A stretch of DNA of 64,000 bases, taken from assembly GCA_036172245.1 (NCBI GenBank), contig JAYWIR010000007.1, positions 310,001-374,000 on the forward strand. Reading direction: 5' to 3'. Position numbers and translations under genes: made by a program. This document shows positions 61,685-64,000 of this stretch, in pieces (the stretch's first letter is position 1; the number at the start of each line of letters is the position of its first letter). The notes beneath the pieces were generated by a model. It searched no databases, had not been told where the DNA came from, and saw only the letters and a program-made list of their open reading frames with translations. This DNA comes from Raillietiella orientalis. Taxonomy: Eukaryota.

Positions 61685-62783
61685 GGCGGGCTGGGTACAG
61701 GATGAAAGGGGTCGTTGGTCCTGCCCCTCATCCGGGCTGCCTGCCTCCCTTGTCGAAAGCAGGGTCCGGGCCTGGGGAGACGGAAGGAATAAAACGCTCG
61801 AAATGTTGGGTGCGACAGCCCACGGGAGGAAACCTTTGTGGGTCTTCTCCGTCCGCCGCGAGGAGCGCGCCGCCGCGGAGGCTGAGCCCCTCTCCAGGGA
61901 GGAAGCGTGGGAGGCGCGCGTCTCGCGCCAGAGCGCCTCCTCCCTCGCACCCATCGCCGGTCTCGACCCGAGCAGGGGTCGTCTCCAAAGATGCGGCGGC
62001 GCTTCGTGCAAACGGGCAGGAAAGGGAGGGAGGTCGCTGTCTCTGTGTTGCCGCCCGCATCCATCTCGGGGGACTGCCCGCGGAGCGCCCTCTCTCTCGG
62101 GGAAGTACCGGTGGGCGGGGCGCGCCTCATCAGAGGAGGGGAAAGAGGAAACCAAACCCCCTTAAAAAAGGGGGGGGGGAGAGGAGAGGGGAGGGAGGGA
62201 GGGAAAGGGGCAAAAAAAAAAAAAAAAAGAGGAAAAGCGAAATAAAATCGAACGGGCGCGCGCGCGTGCACTTTTACGGGCGCTCTGTCCCCCTCGCTCC
62301 CGCTGCTCTTCTTCTCCGCGCCTACTTTGTCTAATGGTGGGCCGATGAGCGCCGAGATAACAGGGCAGCCAGCATACCTTCTTAATTACGCCGGCCTGCG
62401 TTATTTTCTCGAGCGCCTTTCCGCGCCGAGCATTGGCTCCGGCCATCAGATAAACCCGAAGCCTCCGCATACTTCGGGTATCTTCCGATTTCCTTTTTAC
62501 TGTTGGCAAAGTGCTCTGGAAGCGGGCGGCGAATCATCCGGGTCCTCCGATACGATCATCTCCTTCTTCCCCCGGTAGGCGCGGCGGTGGCGGGAACGCG
62601 CGCCTCCGTCCGAGGCGGCGGCGGCGACCCGCGCACGGCTCCCAGGACGCTCCCAGCGACCTTTCTCTCCGTGCCGCGGCCGCGGCCGCTGCGCCCTCCT
62701 CCCTCCCCTTCGAACACAGCACCGACGACGGCGGGACTTTGTCCCTCCCCAGGAGAGCGGGGATTTTCCCCGCTCTTCGTCCC

Positions 62784-62927
62784 GAGGACCTGCTGGTGCG
62801 CATCGGGAAGCTGTCGAAAGAGGAAGATGAGGTCTTCGCCCTCCCGGCGTCGCCGGCGAGATCCAGGATGATCCTTTCCCAAATCGCCGCCGTCATCCCC
62901 CCCGTCATCGGGAACCACGACTTTCCC
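62784..62927 (+). pseudogene. Diverged partial duplicate of BBS9 exon 5 (source 59650-59790)
   Basis: EDLLVRIGKLSKEEDEVFALPASPARSRMILSQIAAVIPPVIGNHDFP versus EDLLARIGKLSKEEDEVFALPVSLARSS-ILSRIATSISPVVGNHDFP; nucleotide similarity is visible directly. Confidence 0.9.
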
Positions 62928-64000
62928 CCGCAGAGCGCGAGGATCGCCTCGGCCACGGGTGGGCGACCCTCGCCCAAGAGCGCTCGGGACCGCTCTCGCT
63001 TCCTCCTGGCTGCTCTGCGGCGGCCCGACGCCGCAGGGCTCAGCCGTGTGCCCACCCGCCGCCGGGGGCAGGAAGGGAGGGGAGGGGGGATCTCGTCGGG
63101 CCAGTGAATTCGGGAAAGCACCGGAGGCAGTCAGAAGCAGCCTCGTCCGGTAGCGGGACAGGCAGGAGGCCGGCGTCTTCAGCGCAAACCCACCTCCTTT
63201 TGCGAACCAGGAGGGGGGGGGGAGGGGCAAGCGAAACGCGCGCGCCGCATGTAGCAGCAGCGCCGTGACCGGAGTGCGTCCACGGGAGACTTCCGTGCGT
63301 CACGAGAAGAGCGGCTTGCCGCGGGGTAAAAACAAAAACAAATGAAAAAGACCCCAGAACCATCCCTCCTCCTCTTATTCCCTTCTTTGGGGGAGGAGGC
63401 GTCCCGGTCCTCGTCCCGGCCCTCTCGACCCCACGTCCATCCGTACGGTACAATCCGAAGTACGGTAGAGAACGGCGAGGCGCCACACGGCTGAGGGCGC
63501 TCCTGGTGCGTCCTTGCCCGGGACAACCCAGGCTCGCCCCGCGGGCGCAGGAAGTCCCAGCGGGGGTTTCAAATCTCTTCCTGATTTGCGCACGGCACGT
63601 TTTGCTTGCCCTCGTGTGCCCGTCCACTCGAACGCCGAGGCGAGTTTTCGGGATGCGGAGGGCCCGGTAGGGAGTGATCGCCTTAGGAACGCGGATTCAT
63701 CGTGCCGACCTCCACGCCGAGGATGCTGCGCTCGGTGCCTGTAGCGAGATGAAAAGGGAGAAAAAAACCGAAGTCCTTCCCGAGGCGACGCGCGCAGGAT
63801 CGCGATCAGGACATTTCGTTCTCCCCTCCGCTCCCCTTTTGTGGAGTGCGATGCGGGACTTCTTCGCGGGGAGAGAGAGCGTCCGTTTTCGGCTGTGCTC
63901 CCGCGCGCGAGGTGCCCTCCCCGCGCGCGTCGCGAGATGCGGTTTTCCCTCCGGAGGGCCGCAGCGGCCACCTCCGGCGCAGGTTGGCTGGCGAACGGTG

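Noticed and set aside
27000..64000. The many 100-330 aa overlapping ORFs in the supplied track
   Set aside because: They are expected in GC-rich DNA with few stop codons, are R/P/G/A/S-rich without domains, and often overlap real exons out of frame or antisense.
1..64000. CRISPR array, rRNA, LTR retrotransposon, DNA transposon or prokaryotic operon
   Set aside because: I saw no regularly spaced direct repeats, rRNA-like sequence, LTR pairs, integrase or transposase motifs. The genes are intron-containing animal genes.

Overview
This is animal genomic DNA, not prokaryotic: it has spliceosomal micro-introns and a PIKfyve with a DEP domain. I read four host genes by hand, all on the + strand: TRIR/C19orf43 (4969-6035), a SPATA1-like gene (~30795-42324, with a 5.7 kb GC-AG intron that may hold a nested gene), PIKFYVE/FAB1 (from 50967 or earlier to 57711) and BBS9/PTHB1 (57973-61684, only 261 bp after PIKFYVE). 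A 144-bp copy of part of a BBS9 exon lies downstream. Most intergenic DNA from ~0.4 to ~49 kb is layered L1/Tx1-type non-LTR retrotransposon sequence of different ages. Four things stand out in these elements. (i) A young TSD-flanked copy (22177-25395) has its gag-like ORF1 fused in frame to a truncated RT, with no endonuclease. (ii) A short terminal hairpin motif, not a poly(A) tail, ends five related copies. (iii) A sister family has a tRNA-derived (Pol III-type) 5' head with a duplicated B-box that leads into a homologous ORF1. (iv) All three TSD-defined insertions sit inside older LINEs. Base composition forms sharp AT-rich and GC-rich blocks, and one boundary runs through PIKFYVE. Family assignments come from recalled motifs and manual translation; no database search was run, and the boundaries of degraded remnants are approximate.
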